Positions 12,418-26,000 of a stretch of DNA of 64,000 nt are shown in pieces. Source of the DNA: Acidobacteriaceae bacterium (GTDB lineage Bacteria > Acidobacteriota > Terriglobia > Terriglobales > Acidobacteriaceae); assembly GCA_031296325.1 (NCBI GenBank), contig JARLFY010000004.1, positions 58 through 64,057 of the forward strand, given 5' to 3'. Both the position numbers and the translations under genes were made by a program. The notes under the pieces are model-generated. The model searched no databases. It saw only the letters and a list, made by a program, of their open reading frames with translations, and was not told where the DNA came from. How positions within the stretch are numbered: the first letter of the stretch is position 1; the number at the start of each line of letters is the position of its first letter.

Positions 12418-13884
12418 ATGCAGCCAGCCCAGACCAGACAGTTCGAGCGCGCGGCACTGAAAAACTATTTACTGGATCAGGCCTACGACGAGATGTTCGC
12501 CGGGCCAGAGGATCTGCATCCGCACTATCAGTCGCTGCTGGAGCACTTCGCCTCGTTGCCTGAAGACGAGTTGCGTCGTCGCAAGCAGGCCGCCGACCTC
12601 AGCTTTCTGAATCAGGGAATCACCTTCACCGTCTACGGACGCGAGGAGGGAACGGAGCAGATCTTTCCCTACGATCCGATTCCGCGCATCATTACTGCGG
12701 CGGAGTGGGCGACCGTGGAGCGTGGCCTGACGCAGCGCATTACCGCGCTGAACCTCTTTCTCAAGGACATCTACAACGAGGGCCGCATCCTGAAGGAAGG
12801 CATCGTGCCGCGCGAGATTGTTTACAGTTGTAAACACTTTCGCCGCCAGATGGTCGGCCTGCAAGTGCCGCGCAACGTCTACGTCGCGGTCTGCGGAACC
12901 GATCTGATCCGCATGCAGAATGGCGAGTTCGTCGTGCTGGAAGACAACCTCCGCGTTCCGTCCGGGGTGAGCTACATGCTTACCAATCGACGCGTGATGA
13001 AGCGCATCTTTCCTCAACTCTTTCGCATGTATAACCCGCGTCCGATCGAGCAGTACACGCAGCTTCTTCTGAGCACGCTGCGCTCGCTCGCTCCCGAGGG
13101 TCGACCCGATCCGAACATCGTGCTGCTCTCGCCCGGGGTCTTCAACTCGGCCTACTTTGAACACGCCTTTCTGGCGCGACAGATGGGCATTGAACTGGTC
13201 GAGGGACGCGATCTGGCCACGCACGACAACGTCATCTACATGCGTACTACCAGCGGTCTGCGCCGCGTCGACGTCATCTATCGCCGCGTGGATGACGACT
13301 TCATCGACCCGATGGCCTTCCGCAAGGATTCGATTCTCGGCGTTGCGGGACTCTTCAACGCCTATCGCGCGGGCAACGTGACGCTGGCCAACGCCTTCGG
13401 TACCGGCGTGGCTGACGACAAGGCTCTGTATGCCTATGTGCCCAGCATTATCAAGTACTACCTCAGCGAAGAGCCGATCCTACAGAACGTGAAGACCTAT
13501 CTGTTGACCGAGCCGAAGTCGAGGCAACATGTCTTGCAGAATCTGGACAAGCTGGTGGTCAAGGCGGTGGGAGAGAGCGGCGGCTATGGCATGTTGATTG
13601 GGCCGCAATCGACCAAGGCCCAGCGCGAGGAGTTTGCGCAGAAGATTCAGGCTGACCCGCGCAACTACATCGCGCAGCCGACGATCTCGTTCTCCCGCGC
13701 GCCGTGCCTGATCGGCGACGAACTGGAGCCGCGCCACGTCGATCTGCGGCCCTACATTCTCTACGGCGACAAGGTCAACATCGTCCCCGGAGGCCTCACT
13801 CGCGTCGCGCTGAAGCAAGGCTCGCTGGTGGTCAACTCCTCGCAGGGTGGTGGCAGTAAAGACACCTGGGTGCTGAATCAATAA
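12418..13884 (+). CDS. Circularly permuted type 2 ATP-grasp protein
   Basis: [68 protein letters not shown]. Confidence 0.92.
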   Translation: MQPAQTRQFERAALKNYLLDQAYDEMFAGPEDLHPHYQSLLEHFASLPEDELRRRKQAADLSFLNQGITFTVYGREEGTEQIFPYDPIPRIITAAEWATVERGLTQRITALNLFLKDIYNEGRILKEGIVPREIVYSCKHFRRQMVGLQVPRNVYVAVCGTDLIRMQNGEFVVLEDNLRVPSGVSYMLTNRRVMKRIFPQLFRMYNPRPIEQYTQLLLSTLRSLAPEGRPDPNIVLLSPGVFNSAYFEHAFLARQMGIELVEGRDLATHDNVIYMRTTSGLRRVDVIYRRVDDDFIDPMAFRKDSILGVAGLFNAYRAGNVTLANAFGTGVADDKALYAYVPSIIKYYLSEEPILQNVKTYLLTEPKSRQHVLQNLDKLVVKAVGESGGYGMLIGPQSTKAQREEFAQKIQADPRNYIAQPTISFSRAPCLIGDELEPRHVDLRPYILYGDKVNIVPGGLTRVALKQGSLVVNSSQGGGSKDTWVLNQ

Positions 13885-13911
13885 CGCAAACCTTTTGCCG
13901 AAGGGAGACAA

Positions 13912-14898
13912 ATGCTTTCACGTGTCGCCGACAGTCTCTACTGGATGAGTCGCTATGTTGAGCGCGCCGAGCATACTACGCGTCTGCTCGACGTGAACCT
14001 GAACCTGATGCTCGACGAGAGCGCGACCAGCGCCGATCATCGCTGGCTGCGCATGTTGCACGCGCTGGGCAAGCCGAAGTCCGCCGAGTGGACGGGCGAT
14101 CCCTATGCGCTGACCCAGTCGCTCATCTTCGACAAGGGAAACAAGGCGTCGATCCTCTCCTACATCATCAGCGCACGGGAGAACTCGCGCCACGTTCGCG
14201 AGCAGATCTCCACCGAGCAGTGGCATCTGCTCAATAGCCTCTATCTGAAGGTCACGCGACCGGAGCTGCCCGGCGGATCGTACGCCGAGTCCGTGATGGC
14301 CGGCTCCGAGCAGCCAACCGAATTTCTTCAGCAGGTGATGGAGGGAGTCCACCAGTTTCAGGGGGTCAGCGACTCGACCATGAGCCACGGCGAGGGCTGG
14401 CAGTTCATTCAGGTGGGCCGCTACATCGAGCGCGCCTCGGCCACAGCGCTACTGCTGGAGGCCTATCACGAGGATCTTTGGAGCCTGAACGAACACGTCG
14501 CCGAGGGAACCGAGTATCTGGAATGGATGGGCTTGCTGCGCTCAGCGACGGCGTTCGAGGCCTATTGCAAGGTCTACACCGCCGACCTCACGCCGGATCG
14601 CATCTTCGAGTTTCTCCTGTTGGACGAGGAGTTTCCCCACTCGCTGCGCTTCTCCATCGACAGCCTGCAACGCGCCCTGGAGGCCATCGACAACGAGAGC
14701 GGAAAGAGTCGCGCCGAGCCGCTGCGTCGTCTTGCGGGACGCCTACAGGCCACGCTCAGCTACTCCAGCGTCGAGGAGATCGTCTCTGGCGATGTGATCG
14801 CCTATCTGCGCGGCATCCAGATCGAGTGTTACGCCATCCATGAGGCCATCTACAACCTCTACATCGACTATAGCGTTCAGGCTGCATTGGCTGGATAA
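13912..14898 (+). CDS. Alpha-E domain protein (DUF403)
   Basis: MLSRVADSLYWMSRYVERAE and a second ER motif GRYIERA; follows the ATP-grasp gene. Confidence 0.92.
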   Translation: MLSRVADSLYWMSRYVERAEHTTRLLDVNLNLMLDESATSADHRWLRMLHALGKPKSAEWTGDPYALTQSLIFDKGNKASILSYIISARENSRHVREQISTEQWHLLNSLYLKVTRPELPGGSYAESVMAGSEQPTEFLQQVMEGVHQFQGVSDSTMSHGEGWQFIQVGRYIERASATALLLEAYHEDLWSLNEHVAEGTEYLEWMGLLRSATAFEAYCKVYTADLTPDRIFEFLLLDEEFPHSLRFSIDSLQRALEAIDNESGKSRAEPLRRLAGRLQATLSYSSVEEIVSGDVIAYLRGIQIECYAIHEAIYNLYIDYSVQAALAG

Positions 14899-14954
14899 AA
14901 CATTGGCTGGATAATAATTCGTTCGTTGCAATTCACGCGTGACTTAGGAGGAGC

Positions 14955-15944
14955 ATGTACTATTCGATCCGCCATCTGACCAAGTTTCTCTACTCGAACC
15001 CGGTGAGCGAGAGCATGATGGAGACGCGCATGCATCCGCGTTCGGATCAGAACCAGCGCTGCCTGAGCTTCCTTCTCTCGGTCAATCCGCGCTGCCGCGT
15101 CTTCAGCTATCGCGACCACCTTGCCAATCAGGTGCATCACTTCGACATTCCCGGACAGCACAGCCAGTTGGTCATCGTGGCCGAGTCGCTGGTCGAGGTG
15201 CAGCCCGCCGCGCCGATTCCTGCCGCGCTCGCGCCCGAGGCGTGGAACGAGTTGGATGAGATGGTCGAGTTGGGCGACTACTGGGAGATGCTGTTGCCCA
15301 GCGAGTTCACCATGCCCACGCCCTCGCTCGATGCGCTGGCGGAGGAATTCGACGTGCGCCGCCGTGACGATCCGCTCAGCGTTCTGCACCAACTGAATGC
15401 GCAGATCTACAACCACTTCGAGTATGTGCCGAAGTCGACCAAGGCGGACTCGCCCATCGACCTCGCGCTGCTGACCCACGCGGGCGTCTGTCAGGACTTC
15501 GCGCACATCATGATTACGCTGGTTCGCAGCAAGCTGCGCATCCCCTGCCGCTACGTCAGCGGATACCTCTTCCACGGACAGAGCGACCACGATCGCTCGT
15601 CGACCTCGGCGACGCACGCATGGGTCGAGGCGCTGGTGCCGGAGATTGGCTGGGTTGGTTTCGACCCCACCAACAATCTGGTCGCGGGGGATCGCCATAT
15701 TCGCACCGCCATTGGTCGCGACTACTCCGACGTGCCGCCGACTCACGGCATCTTCCGTGGCCGCGCCGACAGCGAACTTTCGGTCGCCGTGCGTGTCACT
15801 CCCAGCGAAGGCACGCCTTCGCTCGATCAGGAACTGCCCGTGCCGGAGGAGTGGTCGATGCTGGTGGAAAAGGCTCAGGCCCTGCCCGACCTGCCCCCTC
15901 CGCCGACGCGCCAACAACAGATGGCCCAGCAACAACAGCAGTAG
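14955..15944 (+). CDS. Transglutaminase-like protein with N-terminal Bact_transglu domain and poly-Gln tail
   Basis: Catalytic triad GVCQDFAH / HAWVE / FDPTN; GRDYSDV; ends PPPPTRQQQMAQQQQQ. Confidence 0.92.
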   Translation: MYYSIRHLTKFLYSNPVSESMMETRMHPRSDQNQRCLSFLLSVNPRCRVFSYRDHLANQVHHFDIPGQHSQLVIVAESLVEVQPAAPIPAALAPEAWNELDEMVELGDYWEMLLPSEFTMPTPSLDALAEEFDVRRRDDPLSVLHQLNAQIYNHFEYVPKSTKADSPIDLALLTHAGVCQDFAHIMITLVRSKLRIPCRYVSGYLFHGQSDHDRSSTSATHAWVEALVPEIGWVGFDPTNNLVAGDRHIRTAIGRDYSDVPPTHGIFRGRADSELSVAVRVTPSEGTPSLDQELPVPEEWSMLVEKAQALPDLPPPPTRQQQMAQQQQQ

Positions 15945-15946
15945 AT

Positions 15947-16193
15947 TAGAGCATTTTCTGAATTGCGATAGACCAATTTTTTGTCATTCCGCAGCGCAGC
16001 GAAGGAATCTGCTTTTGCCGTTGCGGTTGTCTTTGCTGTTGCCGTTGTCTTTATAGCATTTTCCCCAAGGGGATAGATTTCCGTGGTGCGGGCGAAAAGC
16101 AGATTCCTTCGCTGCGCTGCGGAATGACAAATAAATTTGCTGCGGAATGGCAAACAAAAACAGGCAAGGACAACTGCAATTACAAAAGATCTA
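15947..16193. mobile_element. Two opposed MITE/REP copies (partial 15947-16050; full 16052-16193)
   Basis: TAGAGCATTTTCTGAATTGCGATAGACC + TGTCATTCCGCAGCGCAGCGAAGGAATCTGC; then TATAGCATTTTCCCC...GCAGATTCCTTCGCTGCGCTGCGGAATGACAAA...GATCTA. Confidence 0.72.
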
Positions 16194-16287
16194 TATGTCG
16201 ATACAGCCTAGCAGTACGTATCAACCATTCGGATACCATCAGCGCATCTCCGTACCACACATTTACCGGCACATCCAATGTGCCGCA

Positions 16288-17082
16288 TCATAGATTCAGT
16301 TTTTTGAAGATGCGCTCGGGGATGTGGCGAACGACTAGCATGATGATGCGCCAGATTGCGGGAACATAAAGAATGTCGACGCGCTTGTCGATGCCCTTGG
16401 CGATGGCTGCGGCGACCTTGTTGACGTCGGCGAACTTCTCCGCGCCCTTCATTCCGGCGGTCATCGAGGTCTGTACCGGGCCGGGCTTGATCGTCATCAC
16501 GGTGACGCCCTCGCGATCCACGCGGTTGCGCAGTCCGGCGAGGAAGGCCGTCAATCCAGCCTTCGACGAGCCGTAGAGGTAGTTCGACTTACGGCCACGG
16601 TCTCCCGCGACCGAGGAGATAACGGCAAGCACGCCTGCATGACGCTGCACGCAGTAGTTCGCCAGCCAGGTAAGCAGCGAGACCGGAGCCATGAAGTTGG
16701 TATAGATGATCTGCGCGGCCTGCTCGAAGTCCTGCTCGGCCTTCGCCTGATCGCCCAGAACGCCCAGAGCAACGTAAGCAATGTCCATGCCGGTGAGCGA
16801 GTTGACGGCGTGGGCCAGCAGCTCGGGATGGATGTTCGTGTCGTCGAGATCGGCGACGGCGGTTCCAACGTAGGAGGCTCCGCGCAGTTTGAGGTCGGCG
16901 GCGACGGCGGCGAGTTTATTCGCGTTGCGCGCAACTAGAAATAGCTGCGCTCCCTCGGCGGCCCAGATGCGGCAGGTCGCCTCGGCGATGCCGGAGGTTG
17001 CGCCCAGAACAAGAATCTTCTTCGCGGTATTTCCATTGGAATTGATAGCAATCTCTGCTGCTTGTGTGGCCTGTGTGCTCAT
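16288..17082 (-). CDS. DprE2-like SDR (polyprenyl-phospho-ketopentose reductase)
   Basis: LGATSGIA, SSVAGDRGRKSNYLYGSSK; ATGA overlap with the upstream FAD oxidoreductase. Confidence 0.8.
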   Translation of the reverse strand: MSTQATQAAEIAINSNGNTAKKILVLGATSGIAEATCRIWAAEGAQLFLVARNANKLAAVAADLKLRGASYVGTAVADLDDTNIHPELLAHAVNSLTGMDIAYVALGVLGDQAKAEQDFEQAAQIIYTNFMAPVSLLTWLANYCVQRHAGVLAVISSVAGDRGRKSNYLYGSSKAGLTAFLAGLRNRVDREGVTVMTIKPGPVQTSMTAGMKGAEKFADVNKVAAAIAKGIDKRVDILYVPAIWRIIMLVVRHIPERIFKKLNL

Positions 17083-18440
17083 AGGGTCGAATCGTCTCCG
17101 GTAACGCGCTTCCAGAAGCTGGAGTTCAACAGGGGATCGCGGAACCGTGCGAAGTCCTGCCACTGCGGGTAGAAGGCCTGATACTGTTCGGGCGTCATGG
17201 CCGCGTCCTTGGCGGAGTAGAGCCGCCCGCCGAACTCGCGGGTCATGTCGCCGAGGCGTTCGAGCAGCGGGAAGGTCAGGCCCGGCTTGATGGGGAAGTC
17301 CAGCGCCAACATGATTCCCGGTTGCGGGAAGCTCATCATGCCCAGCGAGGGTACGTCGCCAAAGGCCTTGAGGACGGCGAGGAAGCTGGCCAGTCCAGAC
17401 TTGGCGATCTCGCGCAGAATGGCGATGGTTCCTTCCTTGGCGTGTTCCCACGGAATGGCGTACTGGAACTGGGTCAGCCCGCGCTTGCCGTAGCCGCGAT
17501 TCCAGTGCAGCACCGCGTCCAGAGGATAGAAGAAGGGCTCGTAGTCCTGCACCGTTCTGACATGCTGCTTCATCTGCTTGTGGAAGAAGACGGAGTTAAA
17601 CATGCTGACGGTGGTGTGGTTCAGCGCAAAGCCGGGAAAGTCGAAAGGAACGCTGAGTTTGGGTTCGGGGGTGCGAGTCAGTTCGCCGGGAACCTTGGAG
17701 TGCTCGCCCAACATGAAGACGCCGCGGGCGAAGTTCTTGCCGGTGGAGGCGCAATCGACCCAACTGACGGTGTACTCCACGTCCTGATAGCGATGCTTCA
17801 GGTCGAGAAACTCGTCGATGCCGTGGAACTGAATCCCCTCGTAGTCGATCTTGCGCGAGACGATGGGACGCAGTCTCAACTGAACCCAGGTGATGACGCC
17901 GGTCAGTCCCATTCCGCCGATCGTTGCGGCGAACCACTCGGCATTCTGGGTGGGCGAGCAGATGCGGCGGCTGCCGTCGGAGCGCACCAACTCGAAACAG
18001 GGAACATGATTGCCGAAGGAACCCGCTGCATCGTGATTCTTGCCGTGAACGTCGTTGGCGATGGCTCCGCCGAGGGTGACGTACTTGGTGCCGGGAGTGA
18101 CGGGAAGAAAGAATCCGCGCGGCACGGCGAAGTCCAGCACCTGAGCCAGCGAGATTCCCGCCTCGGCGGTCAGAACGCCGGTCTCGGGATTGAAGTCGAG
18201 CAGGCGGCTCATGCCCGTGGTCGGCATCAGGGTTCCGCCGTCGAGCAGGCAGACATCACCGTAGCTGCGGCCCAGGCCGACTGGCAACGCGCCGTTCTTT
18301 ACCCCTGCGACAACGCCGGGGAAGTCGCTCTGCCAGTTCAGCGGGATAAGGTTCGCGTTGTACTTGGGATACCGGCCCCAGGATTCGAACAGTGGTGGCG
18401 CGGCATTGGTTGTTTGCGGATCAACGACTGACTCAGACAT
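17079..18440 (-). CDS. DprE1-like FAD-binding oxidoreductase
   Basis: GLGRSYGD, PVTPGTKYVTLGGAIANDVHGKNH, FFYPLD, SFLAVLKAFG, GGRLYSAKD. Confidence 0.85.
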   Translation of the reverse strand: MSESVVDPQTTNAAPPLFESWGRYPKYNANLIPLNWQSDFPGVVAGVKNGALPVGLGRSYGDVCLLDGGTLMPTTGMSRLLDFNPETGVLTAEAGISLAQVLDFAVPRGFFLPVTPGTKYVTLGGAIANDVHGKNHDAAGSFGNHVPCFELVRSDGSRRICSPTQNAEWFAATIGGMGLTGVITWVQLRLRPIVSRKIDYEGIQFHGIDEFLDLKHRYQDVEYTVSWVDCASTGKNFARGVFMLGEHSKVPGELTRTPEPKLSVPFDFPGFALNHTTVSMFNSVFFHKQMKQHVRTVQDYEPFFYPLDAVLHWNRGYGKRGLTQFQYAIPWEHAKEGTIAILREIAKSGLASFLAVLKAFGDVPSLGMMSFPQPGIMLALDFPIKPGLTFPLLERLGDMTREFGGRLYSAKDAAMTPEQYQAFYPQWQDFARFRDPLLNSSFWKRVTGDDSTL

Positions 18441-18508
18441 AGCAATAGGATACAACCTACGTCTGTTGAATCGACGAGATTGTGATGCGCGAAGAAGAAA
18501 ATGGAGTC

Positions 18509-18543
18509 AAAAAAAGACACGACCCGAGGGCCGTGTCTTTTTT
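18509..18543. terminator. Intrinsic terminator after rplT (bidirectional shape)
   Basis: AAAAAAAGACACG-ACCCGAGGGC-CGTGTCTTTTTT. Confidence 0.85.
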
Positions 18544-18559
18544 ATAGGATAACGAGAAA

Positions 18560-18949
18560 CTAGGCTGCGGCGTTCTCGCGAGCTGCTTTGGCTGCCTCGC
18601 GGGCGGCTTTGGCGGTGGCGACGAGGCTGGTGAAGCCTGCGGCGTCGTTGGCTGCGATGTCGGCCAGAATCTTGCGATCCAGCGCGTTGCCGGCTAGCTT
18701 CAGACCGTTGATGAAGGTCGAGTAGCTGATGTTGTTGGCGTGGCAGGCCGCATTGATGCGGACGATCCACAGAGCGCGATACTGCCGCTTCTTCTGCTTG
18801 CGCCCGGTATAGGCAAACATTAGACCGCGCTCGACGGCCTCCTGCGCTGCCTGATAGAGCTTGGACTTGGTGAGGAAGTAGCCACTCGCGCGCTTGAGAA
18901 TCTTCTTGCGGCGGTCGCTGCGCTTTGTACTCCGTTTTACACGGGGCAT
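18560..18949 (-). CDS. rplT: 50S ribosomal protein L20
   Basis: [27 protein letters not shown]. Confidence 0.97.
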   Translation of the reverse strand: MPRVKRSTKRSDRRKKILKRASGYFLTKSKLYQAAQEAVERGLMFAYTGRKQKKRQYRALWIVRINAACHANNISYSTFINGLKLAGNALDRKILADIAANDAAGFTSLVATAKAAREAAKAARENAAA

Positions 18950-18984
18950 CTTGGTTCTCCTTTTGCGTACATCGGGTAAGCGGC

Positions 18985-19140
18985 TGGAGGAAAGGGTTCC
19001 TCTTCACGCGCTATGCAACTTCAAGTCTCGGTGGAACCGCTTGCGCGCTTCCAGGGGCCGTAACGCATTGCAAGGCCCTTTGCTTTCGGATTACGTCACC
19101 GTTTCTGGCACTGTAATTCTGAGCGGCTCGACTTGAAAAA
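18985..19140 (-). ncRNA. Candidate structured RNA between rpmI and rplT
   Basis: Closing stem TTCAAGTC/GACTTGAA (19020-27 with 19130-37) around 3-4 hairpins, one with a GCAA tetraloop; further hairpin at 18987-19002. Confidence 0.45.
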
Positions 19141-19163
19141 CTCTGGATCTCCCGGCCTGAAAC

Positions 19164-19361
19164 TCAGGCGTAGGGAAGCATCCGTGCGATCTTCGGGGTA
19201 TCCGCCTTGGAGATCAGGGCCGAGCCGCCGAGGTGGCGCTTGGTCTTGGTGGCCTTCGAGGTAAGGATGTGGCGCATCTTCGTCTGGCCGCGCTTGAACT
19301 TGCCCGACGCGGTCTTCGAGAAGCGCTTTGCTGCGCCCGAATGTGTCTTCAACTTTGGCAT
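19164..19361 (-). CDS. rpmI: 50S ribosomal protein L35
   Basis: [14 protein letters not shown]...RHILT...MLPYA. Confidence 0.96.
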   Translation of the reverse strand: MPKLKTHSGAAKRFSKTASGKFKRGQTKMRHILTSKATKTKRHLGGSALISKADTPKIARMLPYA

Positions 19362-19540
19362 GGTGTTTCCTTGGACTTTCTGTGCAACCCTCTGAGTGTA
19401 TCTGATTCTGAGCCGGAATGGTAGAGCGGCGCCGTCTGTGCGGCGGAAAGAGGATTTGCCGCGCATTACTGGCATGGGCCGAACTCCGACTTTTGCACTG
19501 AAAGATGGCCTTTGGGCGGGAGATTGTTCGACGGGCGGCA

Positions 19541-19549
19541 TGCTATAAT
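19541..19549 (+). promoter_or_regulatory. Extended -10 promoter, probably for gyrB
   Basis: TGCTATAAT about 135 nt upstream of the gyrB ATG. Confidence 0.55.
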
Positions 19550-19609
19550 CAGAGGGTAAACAAAAGGCAAACTTTCGCCGAAAATGCTGATCTGGCGCGC
19601 CTTTTGTGA

Positions 19610-22387
<2,778 letters not shown>

Positions 22388-22463
22388 TACCGGCCCACTT
22401 CTGCGGGAGCATCGCAATTCGCGTCCTGAACCTGTGGGTGCGAGCCGTAAACCGAATAAACTC

Positions 22464-22508
22464 CACTGACTGGCAGCTCGATGAACTCGGGCTGCCAGTC
22501 AGTTTTTT
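22464..22508 (+). terminator. Intrinsic terminator after gyrB
   Basis: ACTGACTGGCAGCTCG-ATGAACT-CGGGCTGCCAGTCAGT followed by a T-run. Confidence 0.88.
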
Positions 22509-22588
22509 GCAGCTTCTTTCAGGCTTCAGACGACCTCCTCCGAGGTCAGAGCGATTTGCTTAATAGCGTATGCCGACGAGCAACAAGT

Positions 22589-22647
22589 AAAAACAGATTC
22601 CTACGCTTCACTGCGGAATGACAAATAAATTGGTCTACAGTGCTCTA
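22589..22647 (+). repeat. Internally deleted MITE/REP copy
   Basis: ACAGATTCCTACGCTTCACTGCGGAATGACAAATAAATTGGTCTACAGTGCTCTA. Confidence 0.65.
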
Positions 22648-23023
22648 ATTCTCGACCGTGTTGCAGGGAGGGGGAGAGGGTGACCAATTTTGCGGATGTA
22701 CATGCTTTATCTTCTTTGAATGACACCTGATCGTTCACGTTTCTTCGATTAATTCATCAAACAGCTTGACCTTCACTGCTTCAATGCTTTCGGATATTGC
22801 GATGATTTGTGGAAATTTTGGAGCGAAGAAGAGTGCGTCGGCGAGGCAATTAGTCGGATATTGCGATCTTATTTAAATATCGTGGTCAGACCATTTACAA
22901 CTCTGCGTTGTCTTGGCTATATTGCATCAGACTCAAAATTCACTAAATCTGTGCCTCCAGTTAAATTTTACGAGTCCCCCGCTCGGCTTGACCGAATACC
23001 CTGCATCAGGAAGGAAGTCCCAG

Positions 23024-26000
23024 ATGGTCTCCAAGTTTGCCCCGCTCGCCTGTCTTTTCCGCTCCAACACTAACTTCAGCGCCAAAGCTACGACCCTCCG
23101 CCAGCAAGCGGTTGATCTGGTGCGGCTTGGGTTCGGGATCGCGCTTGCTGCGATGGTGTGCGCCTGCCTGCTGCTTCTGCCCGCGCAGGCGCAGGTGAAT
23201 CCGACACCGAATACCTTCAGCACGTATGCCGGTAGTTACACGGGGACGTATTCCGTGGGAGGAGTGTGCGGCGGTGCGTCGAGCGGGAGCAAGTACACTG
23301 CGTTGGACACGCTGGGCAACGGCTGTCCGCTAACGCAGGCGATTCTGGGGCCGAGCCTGTCGGGAATTGGGGTCGATGGGGCGGGCAACGTATTTGTCTT
23401 CGACTACACCAACGGGCAGGTGCGCCGGATTGATGCTAAGAGCGGCATTGTGACTAAGGTGATTGGCACGGCCAATACGTTGTGCTCGGCGAGCGGCGGT
23501 GCAACGGGAACATTGCAGGATGCCCTCGGATCGGGCTGCGTGAACGGCAGTGCAAAGGGGCCGGCGACGGCGCGCGGCATGAACGTCGATCCGTGGGGCA
23601 ATGTGATTCTGGGCAGCTATAACTCGAATACGATCAACGTGGTGTGCCTGTCGACCTCGCCTCTGTGCCCGAATACAGCGGGGCGCAAGCAGGTTGGCTC
23701 GATGTACCGCGTTGCCGGATGCGTGGCGGCGCAAGCCGGAGCTGCCACGGCACCGAGTGGGATTACGGCGTATACCGGTGGCGATGACTCGCCCGCATCG
23801 CCATTCCAGAATCTGGCGGGCGACGTTGCCGCGTGGGGATTGACGGGAACTGCGGCGACAACTGCTACGGTCGGGGCGGCGGGGACCTGCTCGAATACGG
23901 TGGGAGGAGTCACGAGCGCTCGCAACGCGCAGGCAGACAAGTACGGCAATGTCTATATCGCCGATACTAGCGGCGAGCGCTATCGCGTCGTCCTGGGACC
24001 GCCGAGCTATAACGGCGTGACCAATCCGATGTTCGCCATTATCAATATGAATCCGAAGTACACCGCGACGGAAGGATTTATTTATACCATTCTGGGCAGC
24101 TTCAGCAGCTTTACGTCTGGCAGCGTGACTTACAACATTCCGACGGCGGCGGGCGGAGCGTGCAGTTCAGCCTCGACCACGATTACCGCGACCGATACGT
24201 TTGGGGATGGGTGCCTGTACTTCGAGACGGGCAAGCCGTCCGGGGCAACTACGCCAGCCGGACTGGGCGTGGACAAAGATGGCAACCCGATCTTCAGCGA
24301 TACGCAGGACAGCGTGGTGCGCGTACTGTATGTTGGCGGCACGACGATGGCCAATATTATCAGCCTGAATAATGGCGGGCTGACTCCGGTGGTGGGCACG
24401 GTGTATGCCATCGAAGGTACGGGAACCGCAACCAAAGGCAGCACTCCGGAACTGAACGTAGGCTCGTCGAGCATCAGCACGAGCAATACCAAGGTTGCGG
24501 TCGATGGGCAGGGAAACATCTATCTGTCGGACGGTTCCGGCGTCAACATTATCGATAGCGTTACTGGGTATCTTCGTCGGCCGATTACGACCAGCGGCAC
24601 ACTCTGCACGGGCGGCGCGACCAATGGCGACGGCTGTCCGGCGGGCAGTGCGCAGACCTGGACCTCCCTGAGCAGCGTCGGAACCGCGATTACCGTGGAT
24701 AACCTGGGCAATCTGTACCTTGCCGACAGCACAGGCCGCGTACGCAAGGTGTTGGCGGGAACGCTCTATCCCACGGCGGTTGGAAGCAGCTTCACGCAGG
24801 CGGTCATCCTGCACGAACCGGCGGGTACGACTGGGATCACCGCGACTCTGCTAAACGCCTCGCCGGGGATCACGATTCCGACGACGGCTCCCGTCTGTAC
24901 GCTCTACACGACCGCCTCGGACAACACGGCGGACTGCAAGGTGTTGGTGACGTTTACCCCGACGGTCGCAGGAAAGGTGGGAGCTACGCTGTCGGTGACA
25001 AACGTCGGCGGAGGTGGCGCGACGACGATCTATCCGCTGGTAGGCGTGGCAACGGATGCCGCTCTGGTGACGGATACGGCCAGCCCCGTTACGTCACCGC
25101 TGGCGACCTTTGGGGCGAGCGGACAGCCTACGTCCCTGGCGGTCGATACCGGAGGAAACCTCTATACCATCGACAAGCACACGTTGACGGTGGAGCAGAT
25201 TACGCCTGCGGGAGTGGTCACGTCGGTTGGCACGGCACCGTCGGGAGCCAATCAGGTTGCCGTAGATACGACGGGCAACGTGTATGTGACGGCGATTGGT
25301 GCGAGCAGTGTGACCAAGTTTTCGCTGGCCAGCGCGGGCGGATCGTACACCAGCAGCACGATTACCAACGCCGCGGTGGCCAAGCCTCAGGGCGTTGCGT
25401 TCGACGTGCAGGGCAATATGTATATGTCGGATGCGACCACTGCATCGGTGTATCAGGTTGCGAACAACGCGGGCTACGCTACTCTCGCCGCGCCTACGGT
25501 CATTGCAAGCGGCTTGGCCAATCCGACGTTGCTGACCTTCGACGGCTTCGGCAATCTGATTATCGCCGACACGGGCGTGGTCTATAGCGTGAATGCATCG
25601 ACCGGAGTTCTGGGGACGGTGGCCTCTGCGTCTGCGGGAGGAGTCGTTATCTCGGGACTTACACCGGTTGGAATCGCGGCGGACGCTGGAGGCGATGTCT
25701 ATATTCAGGACAGCGGCAGCAAGAAGGTTTATGAGATTCCCTCCCAGAGCTTTGTGCCAAACGATGTGACGGTGCTGAGCGGGGAGACGACTCCGAGCGG
25801 AGTCGCCGTCGATGGAGCGGGCAACATTTACGTTGCCGACTCCGGGCTTGCCACGACGGCGGTGGTCAAGGTTGCGCGCGCTGCCGAGACCTACACCTTC
25901 CCGACAGGAACGACCACCTATAGCGGAACGTTCACCAATACCGGCAACGCCAGTTCGACTGGATTTGCGCAGACCGACGCCGCAGAATTTCCGTACACCG

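Noticed and set aside
16288-17451. 387-aa N-terminally extended SDR, and similar extensions of hyfC, hyfF, the NuoB-like subunit, rpmI and araD
   Set aside because: The extensions overlap upstream genes or spacers; downstream starts give coupled junctions, an SD or a -10 box, and normal family length
19020-19137. c-di-GMP-I riboswitch, tRNA or hammerhead identity for the rpmI-rplT structure
   Set aside because: A GAAA-containing loop is present, but I could not find the conserved cores of those families; left as unassigned
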